From the NCBI GenBank assembly GCA_016432325.1, contig CP066684.1:704001-768000 (forward strand): 64,000 nt of DNA, given 5' to 3'. Shown in pieces: positions 1-10,598 of the stretch (positions within the stretch are counted from its first letter, which is position 1; every line of letters starts with the position of its first letter). Origin of the DNA: Candidatus Aenigmatarchaeota archaeon (GTDB lineage Archaea > Aenigmatarchaeota > Aenigmatarchaeia > PWEA01 > JACQIF01). A program made the position numbers and the translations under genes. The notes under the pieces were generated by a model. That model worked only from the letters and a program-made list of their open reading frames with translations, ran no database searches and was not told the origin of the DNA.

Positions 1-163
1 CCTTCAGGTAGATGTTGAGCATCACGAGAATGGCCACTATCGCAAGAATCGTCAACACGGCCTGCCCCACGGATATGGTGCCGCCGACTGCGCTGAACGC
101 CGCGGTCATCCCTGCGAGCGTCAGTGCCGCCGAGACGAATATGTTCGCGTGCTTGGAGTGCAT
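1..163 (-). CDS. small membrane protein, 3' end beyond window edge
   Basis: ATG at 163, reads MHSKHANIFVSAALTLAGMTAAFSAVGG..., two hydrophobic stretches, follows the 168-389 gene. Confidence 0.6.
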   Translation of the reverse strand, partial: MHSKHANIFVSAALTLAGMTAAFSAVGGTISVGQAVLTILAIVAILVMLNIYLK

Positions 164-167
164 CAGG

Positions 168-389
168 CTACCTCCTCTTTTTGGGCACGGCCATCTGGTC
201 GACCTTGTAATATAGCGTCAGGAGAAGTATTATGACGACGCAGAGCAAAGCTATCGCCACGCCTTCAAAGATGGCTATTTTATAGTTGAGCGCGTTGTAC
301 AGGCTGGCGATTGAAACAATGACGAGCAGCATCGCCACAAACGTCCCCAGATACTTCACGATGTCCGACGCGGCCTTCATTTCCGTCAC
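168..389 (-). CDS. small two-TM membrane protein
   Basis: 73 aa ORF, two hydrophobic helices, overlaps the stop of the 386-829 gene. Confidence 0.7.
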   Translation of the reverse strand: MTEMKAASDIVKYLGTFVAMLLVIVSIASLYNALNYKIAIFEGVAIALLCVVIILLLTLYYKVDQMAVPKKRR

Positions 390-829
390 TTCACTATGCG
401 TATCCTTGGATATTTTGAGGTTCCGGGCGGTTGCGCGTATGCAGGCGGCGCAGGCCCCTGTGTCTTCTTGCTCGCTTCGAGGACCTGTTCGTTGAGTTCG
501 ATGAGCCTGTCAAACTTCTCCACGATGCTCTCGGGCATCGATTCCTCTCCAGTCGCCTTCTTCAGCAGTTCGACCAGCTGTTTCCAGCTCTCCACGACCT
601 CGTCTATCTTTGGAGGTATGGCCTGCAAATCCTGCCGCAGCGAGTTGTTCGCCTTTACGACCTCGTCCACGAGCTTCTGGTTGGCCTTTATGAGGTCCAT
701 TACGTCGCGGATGAATTCGCGGTCTGCGTTCTCGTCCTTCTTCTCGACCTTCCTCAGGCGCTCTTCCATTCTTCTAAGAGGGGTGAGTGGAATGACCTCG
801 TACTCTTCTTCGCCATAGTCGTCAGGCAT
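386..829 (-). CDS. hypothetical coiled-coil protein
   Basis: 147 aa charged, heptad-rich ORF with an upstream TATA-like sequence. Confidence 0.75.
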   Translation of the reverse strand: MPDDYGEEEYEVIPLTPLRRMEERLRKVEKKDENADREFIRDVMDLIKANQKLVDEVVKANNSLRQDLQAIPPKIDEVVESWKQLVELLKKATGEESMPESIVEKFDRLIELNEQVLEASKKTQGPAPPAYAQPPGTSKYPRIRIVK

Positions 830-887
830 GTAATCGAGAAAGAGTTGGGAACCCGAATTTATAAAGACGGAGTGCGTATCATACGCG

Positions 888-2716
888 ATGAACAGCCGTT
901 TCTTCGCGCTGGCGCTCGCGTTCCTCTTGGCTTCGCCCCTCGTTCTGGCCCAGGTCTCCCATCCGGCTTCCGAGTTGACGCCCGGAACGTTCTCGTCAGG
1001 CGACTACCGGCTCACCGGAATAATGTACTACGGACCCTCGCAACCCTGCGATGGGGCGCCAACACGAACTATATCAGCGAAATCGGAAGCGATTCCGCGC
1101 TTAGATATGACGGCAAACTATTGTTTGCCCCAAGCGGCGTTATCACCGGGGCGATAGATTCCTCCGGCAACGTCGGCATCGGTACGACGAGCCCAGGAGC
1201 GCTCCTTGAGATTTCTCAGGACATTGCATCGCCCTCGACAAACGGGCAATTCCGAATAAGAGGGAAAACCAACGGCAACCAACTGCTCGTACTTGCATAC
1301 GACACCACGAACAACAACGGTTTCATAAGATCGGTTCTTAGCGGTTCCGGAAGCACTCCATTGAAACTTCAGGCGAGCAGATTCGAATTTAACGAAGGCA
1401 ACGTCGGCATCGGGATAACGCCGGCTAGGGCTCTGGACGTCAATGGAGCAATACGCGTGAACAGCAACGGCGCCGACGACCAAAACTTCGAGGTGTACCA
1501 CCCGGGCATTCCGGGGGTCGTTGGAAAGTTGACGCCATACAGCACATACGGCGCCCAGCTTTCCGCGCCCGGGCCTTGGGGAGGTCCTCTCGCGCTGACG
1601 TCGGCCAGCGGCTCCGTCTTGCTCCAGCCTTCTGGTGGCGCTGTCAGCATCGGCGGCTTCGTCTCGGACGTGGGTTCGCGGACTACGCTTCCCAGCGGTT
1701 CGGACTTCCACTACGCCAGGCTCAGCGGCGAAACGTCTGACAGATTCAGGATGAGCGGGACGGCGTCAAACGGAATCGTTCTCAACTGGGGCAGCGGCTC
1801 AGCGGCGACGGACACAAATCTGTACCGCTCGGCGGCAAACGCGCTTAAAACCGACGGTTCATTGTTTGTCGGCGGCCAGCTCAATGTCGGCGGCCAGGGC
1901 GTTCTAACGGTCGGCGGAACGCCATCCAAGATAAGCGTCGGCGACCTCGCAGGCGGCGACGGCAGCGTGCCCAACCTCGCCTTCCGCACCAATGACGCGG
2001 AGCGCGTCCTCATCGACGGCAGCGGCGGCGTAACTCTTTACAATCTTCCTAACTGCAACACAATCGACACGGACGCGAACGGCAAGCTCACGTGCGGCAC
2101 GGACGCAGTAGGCGGAGGCGTCACTTCAATATCGCAAGGAACAGGAATGTCTTTCAGCAGCAATCCGATAATGACTACCGGAACGATAAGCCTCAACACA
2201 GCCGCCATCAGCTCGTGCACAGGTTCTGGTCAGAAGATAATATGGGACTCTTCTAATGGCCGCCTGACGTGCGGAACGGACGTGGATACGGACACGGACC
2301 ACCATGACAATCCTGCGAGCCACGCGGCGACAGGCAACATAGATGCTAACGGATACAAAGTAACCAGCCTCGCCGCGCCCACGGCCAACGGCGACGCCGC
2401 GACAAAGGCGTACGTGGACGCGCAGGTGGGCGGTACTGGGGGCACATACTTCATCAGCGCTTATCAAGCTCCCGGAGGGCAGTTCGCGGCATCGATGCAG
2501 TGTCCGTCTGGGACGAAACTCATCAGATGTGTTCGGGGTCCGGCAGACGGTGCACGGGCGGCCGATGCATTCCAAAACGTTCCTTGGATAATCGGCCATG
2601 CTCAGCCTTCCAACGTGGCGTTCTGCGATCAGAGCGTTCTAGGCGGTCCCGGATGGACATGGAACGACCCCAATAACGGCGTCCAGATGTACGGCCTCTG
2701 CGCGAAGGCGGGCTGA
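888..2716 (+). pseudogene. large secreted surface/fibre-like protein (GNVGIGT repeats, Cys-rich C-terminus), split by an apparent -1 frameshift near 1038-1042
   Basis: Signal peptide and QVSHPASE..PGTF motif in the 888 frame; body (ATLRWGANTNY..., GNVGIGTTSP, A..GDAATKAYVD) in the 431 frame. Confidence 0.7.
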
Positions 2717-2727
2717 AACAGACCGTG

Positions 2728-3288
2728 ATGCGAATGGCGACCAAACCCAAGCTTCCTCTTAAGTTTCTCGCGGCCATTGTCGGCCTGCTCGTCGTAGTTA
2801 TTGTCGTACTCTACGCGCCGCAGACGGAACGTGTATCGGAATGCATTTCTCGTACAGAAACGGTCACCGTCCGCGGCCAATCGATGGAGCCGCTTCTGGA
2901 AGAAGGACAGGAGGTGCGCGCCCTCTACGGCTACTACGACTGCAACGACGTGTCGCGCGGGGACATCGTCCTGTTCTCGTACACGGGCAGCGAGACTCCG
3001 TTGATAAAACGAGTCCGCGCGCTTCCGGACGATACGTTCGCCCTCGTCGAGAGCAACGGCGCGTGGAACATTCTGGTAAACAACGAAATCCTGAAGAATT
3101 CGGCCGGCGCGCCTTACGCGCTTGACAATAACGCGGCCAGGCTTCTGCAACTCTACGAGCACGATTACAACGGAACCGTGCCGGAGAACGCGTACATGCT
3201 TCTCGGCGAGTTTCCCGAAGGAAGCACGGACAGCACGCGCTTCGGGCTCGTTGACAAGAGCGGTATATTGGCGCTCGTGGACGTCTGA
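2728..3288 (+). CDS. signal peptidase I (S26 family)
   Basis: N-terminal TM, GQSMEP catalytic Ser, IKRV catalytic Lys, LG..S.DS..FG motif. Confidence 0.9.
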   Translation: MRMATKPKLPLKFLAAIVGLLVVVIVVLYAPQTERVSECISRTETVTVRGQSMEPLLEEGQEVRALYGYYDCNDVSRGDIVLFSYTGSETPLIKRVRALPDDTFALVESNGAWNILVNNEILKNSAGAPYALDNNAARLLQLYEHDYNGTVPENAYMLLGEFPEGSTDSTRFGLVDKSGILALVDV

Positions 3289-3356
3289 TCCGACAAACGT
3301 CTCTGTTAGCGCGTAACACTAACGAAGCTTATTAGTCCTAACGCCAAACACCTATC

Positions 3357-4040
3357 ATGAGAGCCATTGTTGCGTTCCTGTTCGTAGTGGCCGTGGCAGG
3401 CTGTGTTGGCGGCGCCGGCGTCACATCGACACAGGGCAAGCTGCTCGTGGGCATAACAGACGCCGCCGTAGACTCCTCTACCGTGACGTCCGTCATAATC
3501 ACCGTCGAGTCGGCCGAGGTGCACAGCGCTTCCGCGGACTCGTGGACCACCATTTCGTCGTCGGCAAAAACCTACGACCTGATGCAGCTCGATTCTCAGG
3601 ACGTCGTCAAGCTGTTCGGCGAAGCCACGCTCGACGCGGGCACGTACAACCAGATGCGTCTGGACATTTCAAATGTCGCGGTGACGATCAACGGCACGAC
3701 AAGCGATGCCAAATTGCCCAGCTCCAGAATAGAGATACCCGTCACGGTTGTCGTAAACGCCAACTCCACATCGGCCGTTGTCCTTGACTTCCAGGCCGAC
3801 CAGTCGCTGCATGCGACAGGCAACGGAACGGTGATAATGGCTCCGGTGATACACGTCAAGAGCACGAGCAACGCCTCGGCGTCAGTATCAGGCGACAACG
3901 TAGAGGTGAGCGGCGGACGAACGGATGACGACAAGGAAGTGGGAATGGACGCCGAAGGCCATGTGGGCGTGGGGCTGCGCATAGCGGCCAACGCCAAACT
4001 GAACGTCGGTGCGAACGGGAAGATCAGCATCGGAGCATAA
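3357..4040 (+). CDS. DUF4382-like lipoprotein
   Basis: Lipobox VAGC, ITDA motif, G.Y.QMRL, VLDF..D.S. Confidence 0.75.
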   Translation: MRAIVAFLFVVAVAGCVGGAGVTSTQGKLLVGITDAAVDSSTVTSVIITVESAEVHSASADSWTTISSSAKTYDLMQLDSQDVVKLFGEATLDAGTYNQMRLDISNVAVTINGTTSDAKLPSSRIEIPVTVVVNANSTSAVVLDFQADQSLHATGNGTVIMAPVIHVKSTSNASASVSGDNVEVSGGRTDDDKEVGMDAEGHVGVGLRIAANAKLNVGANGKISIGA

Positions 4041-4067
4041 TCTTATTCTTGTCGCGCGCGTTGAGCA

Positions 4068-4262
4068 TCAAATGTCCCTGAAAGGGTCCGGTCTCACGAA
4101 TTCCGCTTTCGCGCCGCATCTTTCCTTGTGGGCTTTCCATTCGTCCATTTCCCTGTTCGCCAGAGCGGACAGACGGTCGGCCTCTTGCCGGTTTCCTGCG
4201 CGTCTCGCTTCGTCGGCCTTATCTATCAGGTCGGACACGTAGCCGCTGAATGTGTAGTCCAT
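4068..4262 (-). CDS. small hypothetical protein
   Basis: 64 aa ORF with an upstream TTTATA box. Confidence 0.5.
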   Translation of the reverse strand: MDYTFSGYVSDLIDKADEARRAGNRQEADRLSALANREMDEWKAHKERCGAKAEFVRPDPFRDI

Positions 4263-4308
4263 GCACAGAGCTGGCGCTAAAACTATAAATAATGTTACAA
4301 GACGCGCA

Positions 4309-5577
4309 CTAAGCCTTCACAAGTTCCAAGCAAACGCCCGCCGCAACCGTCTGGCCCATGTCGCGGATGGCGAAGCGGGCGAGAGGCGGGAAGTCCTTCT
4401 GCGTCTCGATTGCCAGAGGCTTGGTCGGAACGACCTTTACGATTGCCGCGTCTCCGGTCTTGATGAAGTCGGGGTTCTCTTCTATCGTCTCGCCGGTTTT
4501 CGGGTTTATCTTCTTCAGAATGGCCTCGAACCTGCACGCGACCTGCGCGGTGTGGCAGTGGAAGACCGGCGTGTATCCCTTGGTGATTACGTTGGGGTGG
4601 TTTAGGACGATTATCTGCGCCTTGAACTCCTTGGCAACTGTTGGAGGCGAATCGGGCGAGCCGATGACGTCTCCGCGCTTTACCTGTCCCTTGTCAACAC
4701 CGCGAACGTTGATGCCGACGTTGTCTCCCGGACCGGCTTCCGGCGCTTCTTCGTGGTGCATCTCGATGCTCTTCACTTCGCCCACGACGTTCGCCGGCAT
4801 GAATATTATCTTCTGTCCCTTCTTCAGCACGCCGGTTTCGACGCGGCCAACAGGAACCGTTCCTACGCCTGTTATGGTGTAGACGTCCTGCACAGGCACG
4901 CGCAACGGCTTGTCCCTGGACTTTTGCGGAGGCTGGAGGTCGTCCAGCGACTCGAGCAGAGTCTTGCCCGTATACCACGCCATGTTCGTGGACTTGTTCG
5001 CAACGTTGTCGCCCTGATACGCGGACGTCGGTATGAAAGGTATCTTCGCGGGGTCGTAGCCGATTCCCTTGAGAATCTTCGAGACGTCCTCCTTGGTCTT
5101 GTTGAACGCCTCCTGCTTGTAGCCGACCTCGTCCATCTTGTTGATCGCGATTATCATCTGGTTGACTCCGAGAACCTTCGCCAGATAGATGTGCTCTTTC
5201 GTTTGGGCCTGCGGGCCGTCCTTGGCCGAGCAGACGAGTATTGCAGCGTCTGCCTGCGACGCGCCTGTAATCATGTTCTTTACGAAGTCACGGTGGCCCG
5301 GAGCGTCGATGACCGTGAAGTAGAATTTTGGAGTGTCGAAGCGCTTGTGCATGACGTCGATGGTGACGCCTCTCTGGCGCTCTTCCTTAAGCTGGTCCAT
5401 GACGAAGGCGAACTCGAAGGTCTCCTTCTTGTACTCCTTGGCGATTTCCTTTATCTTGCGCATCTCTTCCTCAGGAACGTTCTTCGTGTCCCACAGGAGG
5501 CGGCCTATCATAGTGCTCTTCCCGTGGTCTACGTGACCGATCGTAACCAAGTTAAGGTGCTCCTTTTGCGCAGCCAT
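4309..5577 (-). CDS. tuf: translation elongation factor EF-1alpha
   Basis: [33 protein letters not shown]; start placed at MAAQKEH. Confidence 0.98.
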   Translation of the reverse strand: MAAQKEHLNLVTIGHVDHGKSTMIGRLLWDTKNVPEEEMRKIKEIAKEYKKETFEFAFVMDQLKEERQRGVTIDVMHKRFDTPKFYFTVIDAPGHRDFVKNMITGASQADAAILVCSAKDGPQAQTKEHIYLAKVLGVNQMIIAINKMDEVGYKQEAFNKTKEDVSKILKGIGYDPAKIPFIPTSAYQGDNVANKSTNMAWYTGKTLLESLDDLQPPQKSRDKPLRVPVQDVYTITGVGTVPVGRVETGVLKKGQKIIFMPANVVGEVKSIEMHHEEAPEAGPGDNVGINVRGVDKGQVKRGDVIGSPDSPPTVAKEFKAQIIVLNHPNVITKGYTPVFHCHTAQVACRFEAILKKINPKTGETIEENPDFIKTGDAAIVKVVPTKPLAIETQKDFPPLARFAIRDMGQTVAAGVCLELVKA

Positions 5578-5756
5578 TTGCATTCCCCATACGTCACAAG
5601 ACGTAGGTTCCATAGCAGAACAAAGCTATATAAACGTTATTTTTGGCGCGTCCGGGGCAAGTAAACTCAAAATGCGCGGCCGTTTTGAGGTTGTTTTTCG
5701 CGGCGCAAAGCACCCAAAGCTATAAATTATGGCCGTGTAAAGGTAAGCGGTTTCTT

Positions 5757-6590
5757 ATGCCTAAAATGGGATACAAGTTCAAGGAGCCCAGCGACCTCCA
5801 GAAGGCCGGTTTGGCAGCCGCGCTCGTTCTGGTTTTGATAGTGGCCGGTTACGAGTATACGATAATCCAGACGCGGGACGGTTCCATCGCCTCTCTCGAA
5901 GGCACGCTCGCGGCGACGCAACAGGTTCTTGATACGACAGAGGCCGCCTTGCAAACGGCCCATACGGATAACGACGCCCTGAGGTCCGACATCAACGCGC
6001 GCGACGAAACGATAAGGGGCTTGGGGAATGACCTCGGTCTGGCAGAGAACCAGATAGCAGACCTTACGCCTATCACGAAACGCTTCTCTGTCGTAGGAGT
6101 CCGCGGGGACGGCACAGGAGTGATAATTCCGCTTGAAGTCAAGATAGTTTCCGGAGACGGTTCGGTTTCGGTGAACATCAAGAATGTCGACTTGCAGAGC
6201 GGCACCCAAGCGTCTGTGCGCACGGCCGTCGACGTCGCCGAGGACTATACGGGGGACAACTTTAACAAAAAGGACGTTACGGTGAGCTTCATCAACGAGG
6301 AGTCCGCAATCGTCACGATAGACGGCCCCTCTGCCGGAGGCGCGATAACTGCAACGATAATAGCCGCGGCCGAGAACGAGACGATGCGCGACGACGTGCT
6401 GATGACAGGAACCATAGAAGAGAACGGTTCCATCGGACCTGTCGGAGGCGTCTTTGAAAAGGCCGAGGCCGCCAAGGACGAAGGCGCCGAGATATTCATC
6501 GTGCCGAGCGGACAGTCGGTGAGCGTCGGCGGAATACAAATAATAGAAGTGAACGACATCAACCGCGTCGTGAAGCTCCTCTTCGAGTGA
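5757..6590 (+). CDS. membrane-anchored Lon-like S16 serine protease
   Basis: TM plus coiled coil, DGPSAG, MTGTI..G.IGPVGG..EK Ser-Lys dyad. Confidence 0.88.
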   Translation: MPKMGYKFKEPSDLQKAGLAAALVLVLIVAGYEYTIIQTRDGSIASLEGTLAATQQVLDTTEAALQTAHTDNDALRSDINARDETIRGLGNDLGLAENQIADLTPITKRFSVVGVRGDGTGVIIPLEVKIVSGDGSVSVNIKNVDLQSGTQASVRTAVDVAEDYTGDNFNKKDVTVSFINEESAIVTIDGPSAGGAITATIIAAAENETMRDDVLMTGTIEENGSIGPVGGVFEKAEAAKDEGAEIFIVPSGQSVSVGGIQIIEVNDINRVVKLLFE

Positions 6591-6898
6591 TGCACGTGAC
6601 GGAGTTCTGCTACCAGACGTACGAGATACAAGGAGAGACAGTTCTGGCGATATGCGACGCGGACATCGCAGGCCGCGCCTTCAGGCAGGACGACATAGTA
6701 CTCGACGCGAAGCGCTCGTTCTATTGTTCGAAGGAATGCGGCCCGATAAAGGCGAAGCGCCTCTTCGAACAGGCGACCATAATCAACGCCACGGGCGTGC
6801 GCGCCGTCGCCCTTCTGGTCGAGCAGGGCCTCGCGGACAAGGAGCGCGTGCTCGTCGTGGAAGGAGTGCCGCACGCGCAGATGGTCAAATTGGAGTAA
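6587..6898 (+). CDS. DUF424 family protein
   Basis: VLAICD, FY, ATIINA.G, GVPHAQ motifs. Confidence 0.85.
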   Translation: MMHVTEFCYQTYEIQGETVLAICDADIAGRAFRQDDIVLDAKRSFYCSKECGPIKAKRLFEQATIINATGVRAVALLVEQGLADKERVLVVEGVPHAQMVKLE

Positions 6899-6945
6899 AC
6901 GGATGTTCTATATATCGATGACGCGCCACCGAACAGCGGTGGGTT

Positions 6946-7806
6946 ATGAGGACGACGGCATTCATCACGCGAGGGGTAGCGAACAGGATAAAAGGAGAAC
7001 TCGACGATAAGGCATTCGATCTTGTAAGGAATCTCCCTGAAGCGGAAGCGGCACGGAGCATAGTATCGCATCTCAATTCCAACGCGAGCCGAGTGCCCTT
7101 TAGCACGCTCAAGGACGGCGGCATGATACTTGACGCGTGGTCTGTGCTCAAGGACGGGCCGGAACCGAACCTCGCTGGCAAGGCGGCCACTTATTTTGGC
7201 AAGCCACCGGAGGCCTTTGCTCCTCACGTACGAAACCACCCCGCTGTCAGAGGCGCTCTCGGGCAGAACGGGCAGACGTTGGTTGTTGACAACCTTCGCT
7301 ACGCGTACTCGCTTCACCATGCCGATGGCACCACGACTGTCGATTGGCGCTTCCTCGACCTACAGAACCCAATAGAACAGGCGGACGTTGTTGAGGTATA
7401 TCTCTCTAGGACGATGGAGAGGGAACTCGCCAATATTCTTCGCATAGACGCGAATCTCGTTGAAGGAGAGCTCAATGTAGGCGCGAGAAACGCGGTGTAT
7501 TCGACCATGGGCGACGACGCCGCTCTCTTGACCAATCCCGCCCTGCGCGCCGTACGCGAGAGAGTCCCGGATTCCTTGAAGGTTAGAGTGCCGTCCGGGT
7601 TGCTGGACGAAATAAAGGGCCGCGCGCCTGTCGTTGTGAAGCAGGTGCTGAGAGGCTACGGAGATCCCAAACACGTCGACGGTACAAAGAAGCTCGAGTG
7701 GTATCGCATAGACGACCTTTCGGCGAACCATCGGATGCGCTCGTCGATTCCGGAGGGTTCGCAGCCGCCCAAAACGGACGCGCCCTTTTTATCTCAAGTG
7801 CGCTAA
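6946..7806 (+). CDS. hypothetical protein
   Basis: 286 aa ORF, GGTGGG SD-like site upstream. Confidence 0.65.
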   Translation: MRTTAFITRGVANRIKGELDDKAFDLVRNLPEAEAARSIVSHLNSNASRVPFSTLKDGGMILDAWSVLKDGPEPNLAGKAATYFGKPPEAFAPHVRNHPAVRGALGQNGQTLVVDNLRYAYSLHHADGTTTVDWRFLDLQNPIEQADVVEVYLSRTMERELANILRIDANLVEGELNVGARNAVYSTMGDDAALLTNPALRAVRERVPDSLKVRVPSGLLDEIKGRAPVVVKQVLRGYGDPKHVDGTKKLEWYRIDDLSANHRMRSSIPEGSQPPKTDAPFLSQVR

Positions 7807-7815
7807 TTTCACCGT

Positions 7816-8277
7816 ATGCTAAAATCGAAGAATACCAACAAATCCGGCCAGTTTTTCATGACTTACCGACCACGCCGAGGTAAGTTTGAAAAACTTCACA
7901 AATCCGGCCAGTTTTTCATAATCTCAACGATAATCGTCGCGTTTTCCTTGGTCGGCATCCAGTTTCTCCTCGCCGGATACAACCTCGCCGATCCTTCAAA
8001 GATATTTGCGCTTCAGGAAGACTATCTCTTCTTCAATACCAAAGCGGCTCTGAACCAGACGTATTACGCGTATCCCTGTCCTCTCATGGAACGGAATCTG
8101 AACGAAGTGAAGAACGGTCTCGAAAGAAAACTGCAGACGCGGCTGATGATTCTGAATGTGACGTTCACGGACCCGTGCGCGGGCGCCGGAGAAAACACGA
8201 AACAGACCACGACATTCTACGTGAACCTGACGTCGCGCACGTATGTGCTGTACGACGAGTTCACACTAGCGCCCTGA
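7816..8277 (+). CDS. pilin-like protein with class III signal peptide (KSGQFF motif duplicated)
   Basis: K-x-G/Q-F-hydrophobic N-terminus; KSGQFF occurs twice because of a 60-nt insert. Confidence 0.7.
   Translation: MLKSKNTNKSGQFFMTYRPRRGKFEKLHKSGQFFIISTIIVAFSLVGIQFLLAGYNLADPSKIFALQEDYLFFNTKAALNQTYYAYPCPLMERNLNEVKNGLERKLQTRLMILNVTFTDPCAGAGENTKQTTTFYVNLTSRTYVLYDEFTLAP
7838..7919 (+). repeat. hairpin insert with 22-bp direct repeat
   Basis: acaaatccggccagtttttcat at 7838-7859 and 7898-7919; internal ACTTACC/GGTAAGT stem extended by AGTTTTTCA/TGAAAAACT. Confidence 0.85.
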
Positions 8278-8286
8278 CGCGGATAT

Positions 8287-10542
8287 TTAAAGCACGGTTT
8301 TTGCCAACCATTGGCCCGTGTATGACTCCTTGTTAGAGATTATATCTTCTGGCGTTCCCTCGGCAACAATTTCCCCACCACGGTCGCCGCCTTCGGGACC
8401 TAAATCTATTATCCAGTCCGCGCTCGCCATAACGTCCAGATTATGTTCGATGACCAACACAGAGTTTCCCTCGTCCACCAAACGATGCAAGAAGCCGAGT
8501 AGTTTTTCGACGTCGGCAAAGTGCAGCCCCGCCGTCGGTTCATCGAGAATATAGAACTCGCTTCTTTTATGGAGACTTTCCGCCAACTTCAACCGTTGTG
8601 ACTCGCCGCCAGACAATGTATCGAGTGTCTGGCCGATGTTCAGATAGTCAAGACCGATGTCTCTCAATACACCCAGTTTTTTATTGAGTTCGTCATGGTT
8701 GAAGAACCGAATGGCTTCATCGGCGGTCATCTGCAATATCTCAAAAATGTTCTTGCCATGGTATTCGTATCGTAACGTATTGGGACTATATTTCTTACCA
8801 TCGCACGCTTCACAGACAATTTTGATTGATGCCATAAAGTGCATATCGACTTTCTTGTGGCCCAATCCCTTGCAATCCTGACACGCACCCCGACCATTGG
8901 AGCTGAACAGTGCTTTGTCGACGCCATTCTCCTTTGCAACAATTCGTCTGATGATGTCGAAGGCGCCTGTGTAGGTTGCGATGTTGCCGCGTGGAGATGA
9001 GCCAACAGGCGACTGGTCAACGAGCACCACACGTTTTCTATATTGTTTTGAGAAAACATCGTTAATCAGAGTGCTTTTTCCAGAACCCGAGACACCTGTT
9101 ACCGCGGTAAAGACGCCCGTTGGTATCTTGACGGAGATATTTTTGAGGTTGTGCAGAGTGGCGTTCTTGATTCCCAAGTAACCTGTTGGCTTGCGTCGGA
9201 CATTTCTTATAACATGCTTGGATTTACCGCTTAGGTATTTTCCAGTCAAGGAGTTGCCATCTCTCATGATTTCACGAGGTGAACCTGTAGCAACCACCTC
9301 GCCACCAAACTTTCCTCCGCCTGGGCCAAGTTCGATTAAGTAGTCGGACTCGAGCATCACGCTGGCATCGTGCTCCACGGCGATGACGGTGTTTTGAGAG
9401 TCACGCAATTTCTTCATAACACGAATTACGTTGCCCACATCTCGTGGATGAAGTCCTGTCGTTGGTTCGTCCAAAAGATAGATTGTTTCGATGAGGGTGC
9501 TGCCCAGCTCTCTGGCGAGCTTTATTCTCTGCGCTTCGCCAGCGGAGAGAGTATCCACGGATCTGTTCAGCGATACATATCCAATACCGACGTCGATAAG
9601 CCCGTCGAGCAGTTCTTTCATCCTTGTCACAATTGGTTTGGCAACAGGTCCATCTATCCCCACCAATTCTTTTGTCAGAGATGTTATTGGCAACGATGCG
9701 AAATATCCTATGTTTTTGCCGTTAAGGGTCACTGCTAACGCTTTCTTGTTCAGTCTCGCGCCACCACAAGTAGAGCATTCTTTGGTTAGCCAATATGCGG
9801 CGTCTGTCTTGGATTTGGCGGTGGAGATGCCTCTCACGTCGCCAGCCCGTTCGACGAGTCTATTGGCCACGCCCTCCCAGCTATACGACTGGACAAAGCC
9901 CTGAGACGCGTTCCTGAGCTTTATCTGAGGCGAGTAAAGAAGGAAGTCCAGTTCCTTCTTGGAGAAATCCTTGATTGGCTTGTCGAATTCAACCCTTTTT
10001 GTGGTCTTCAGGATGTTCATATATCTGCCGCTTGGTTTAAACAGCGTGTGTCCGATGGCACCATCGTTCAGGGTCTTCTCGAAATCTATGAGAATCCTTT
10101 GGTCGATGGTAATCTCGGTGCCAATGCCTTTGCATTTTTCGCAGCAGCCCAACGGGCTGTTGAAAGAGAAATGGCCAGCACTTAAATTTCTGGAACCTGC
10201 CCGTGAGAACAGTAGCCTTAGATATGTGTAGATTTCTGTAACTGTGCCTACAGTAGAGCGGGGACTTTCTCTCAACTGTCTCTGTTCTATCATAATTGTT
10301 GGCGAGAGTCCTTTAATGTCGTCTACGTCTGGTCGTTCGGTTCTTTGAAGGAGGCGAGCCGCGTATGTATCTAACGATTCCAAGAACTGCCGTTGCCCCT
10401 CGGAAAATATGATATCAAAAACAACAGTCGACTTGCCCGACCCAGAAACCCCAACGAGAGACGTTATCTTGTTACGGGGTATCTCAACGTCTATGTTCTT
10501 CAGGTTGTGTTCCCGCGCTCCGAGAATTTCAATATGGTCCAT
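8287..10542 (-). CDS. uvrA: UvrA-like ABC ATPase (short UvrA2/DrrC type)
   Basis: GAREHNLKN, two Walker A GVSGSGKST motifs, LSGGE.QR, LDEPT, CxxC zinc motifs; visibly lower GC. Confidence 0.92.
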   Translation of the reverse strand: MDHIEILGAREHNLKNIDVEIPRNKITSLVGVSGSGKSTVVFDIIFSEGQRQFLESLDTYAARLLQRTERPDVDDIKGLSPTIMIEQRQLRESPRSTVGTVTEIYTYLRLLFSRAGSRNLSAGHFSFNSPLGCCEKCKGIGTEITIDQRILIDFEKTLNDGAIGHTLFKPSGRYMNILKTTKRVEFDKPIKDFSKKELDFLLYSPQIKLRNASQGFVQSYSWEGVANRLVERAGDVRGISTAKSKTDAAYWLTKECSTCGGARLNKKALAVTLNGKNIGYFASLPITSLTKELVGIDGPVAKPIVTRMKELLDGLIDVGIGYVSLNRSVDTLSAGEAQRIKLARELGSTLIETIYLLDEPTTGLHPRDVGNVIRVMKKLRDSQNTVIAVEHDASVMLESDYLIELGPGGGKFGGEVVATGSPREIMRDGNSLTGKYLSGKSKHVIRNVRRKPTGYLGIKNATLHNLKNISVKIPTGVFTAVTGVSGSGKSTLINDVFSKQYRKRVVLVDQSPVGSSPRGNIATYTGAFDIIRRIVAKENGVDKALFSSNGRGACQDCKGLGHKKVDMHFMASIKIVCEACDGKKYSPNTLRYEYHGKNIFEILQMTADEAIRFFNHDELNKKLGVLRDIGLDYLNIGQTLDTLSGGESQRLKLAESLHKRSEFYILDEPTAGLHFADVEKLLGFLHRLVDEGNSVLVIEHNLDVMASADWIIDLGPEGGDRGGEIVAEGTPEDIISNKESYTGQWLAKTVL

Positions 10543-10598
10543 CGTCTCGCTTTCCTATTCTGCGATATGTTTTTAAAGGTTCCTGCCTAACTCACGGC

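Noticed and set aside
431-887. N-terminal part of the 761-aa ORF
   Set aside because: Antisense to the 386-829 gene; the real start is at 888 in another frame.
888-2716. Diversity-generating retroelement target
   Set aside because: No reverse transcriptase and no adenine-variant TR/VR pair seen in the window.
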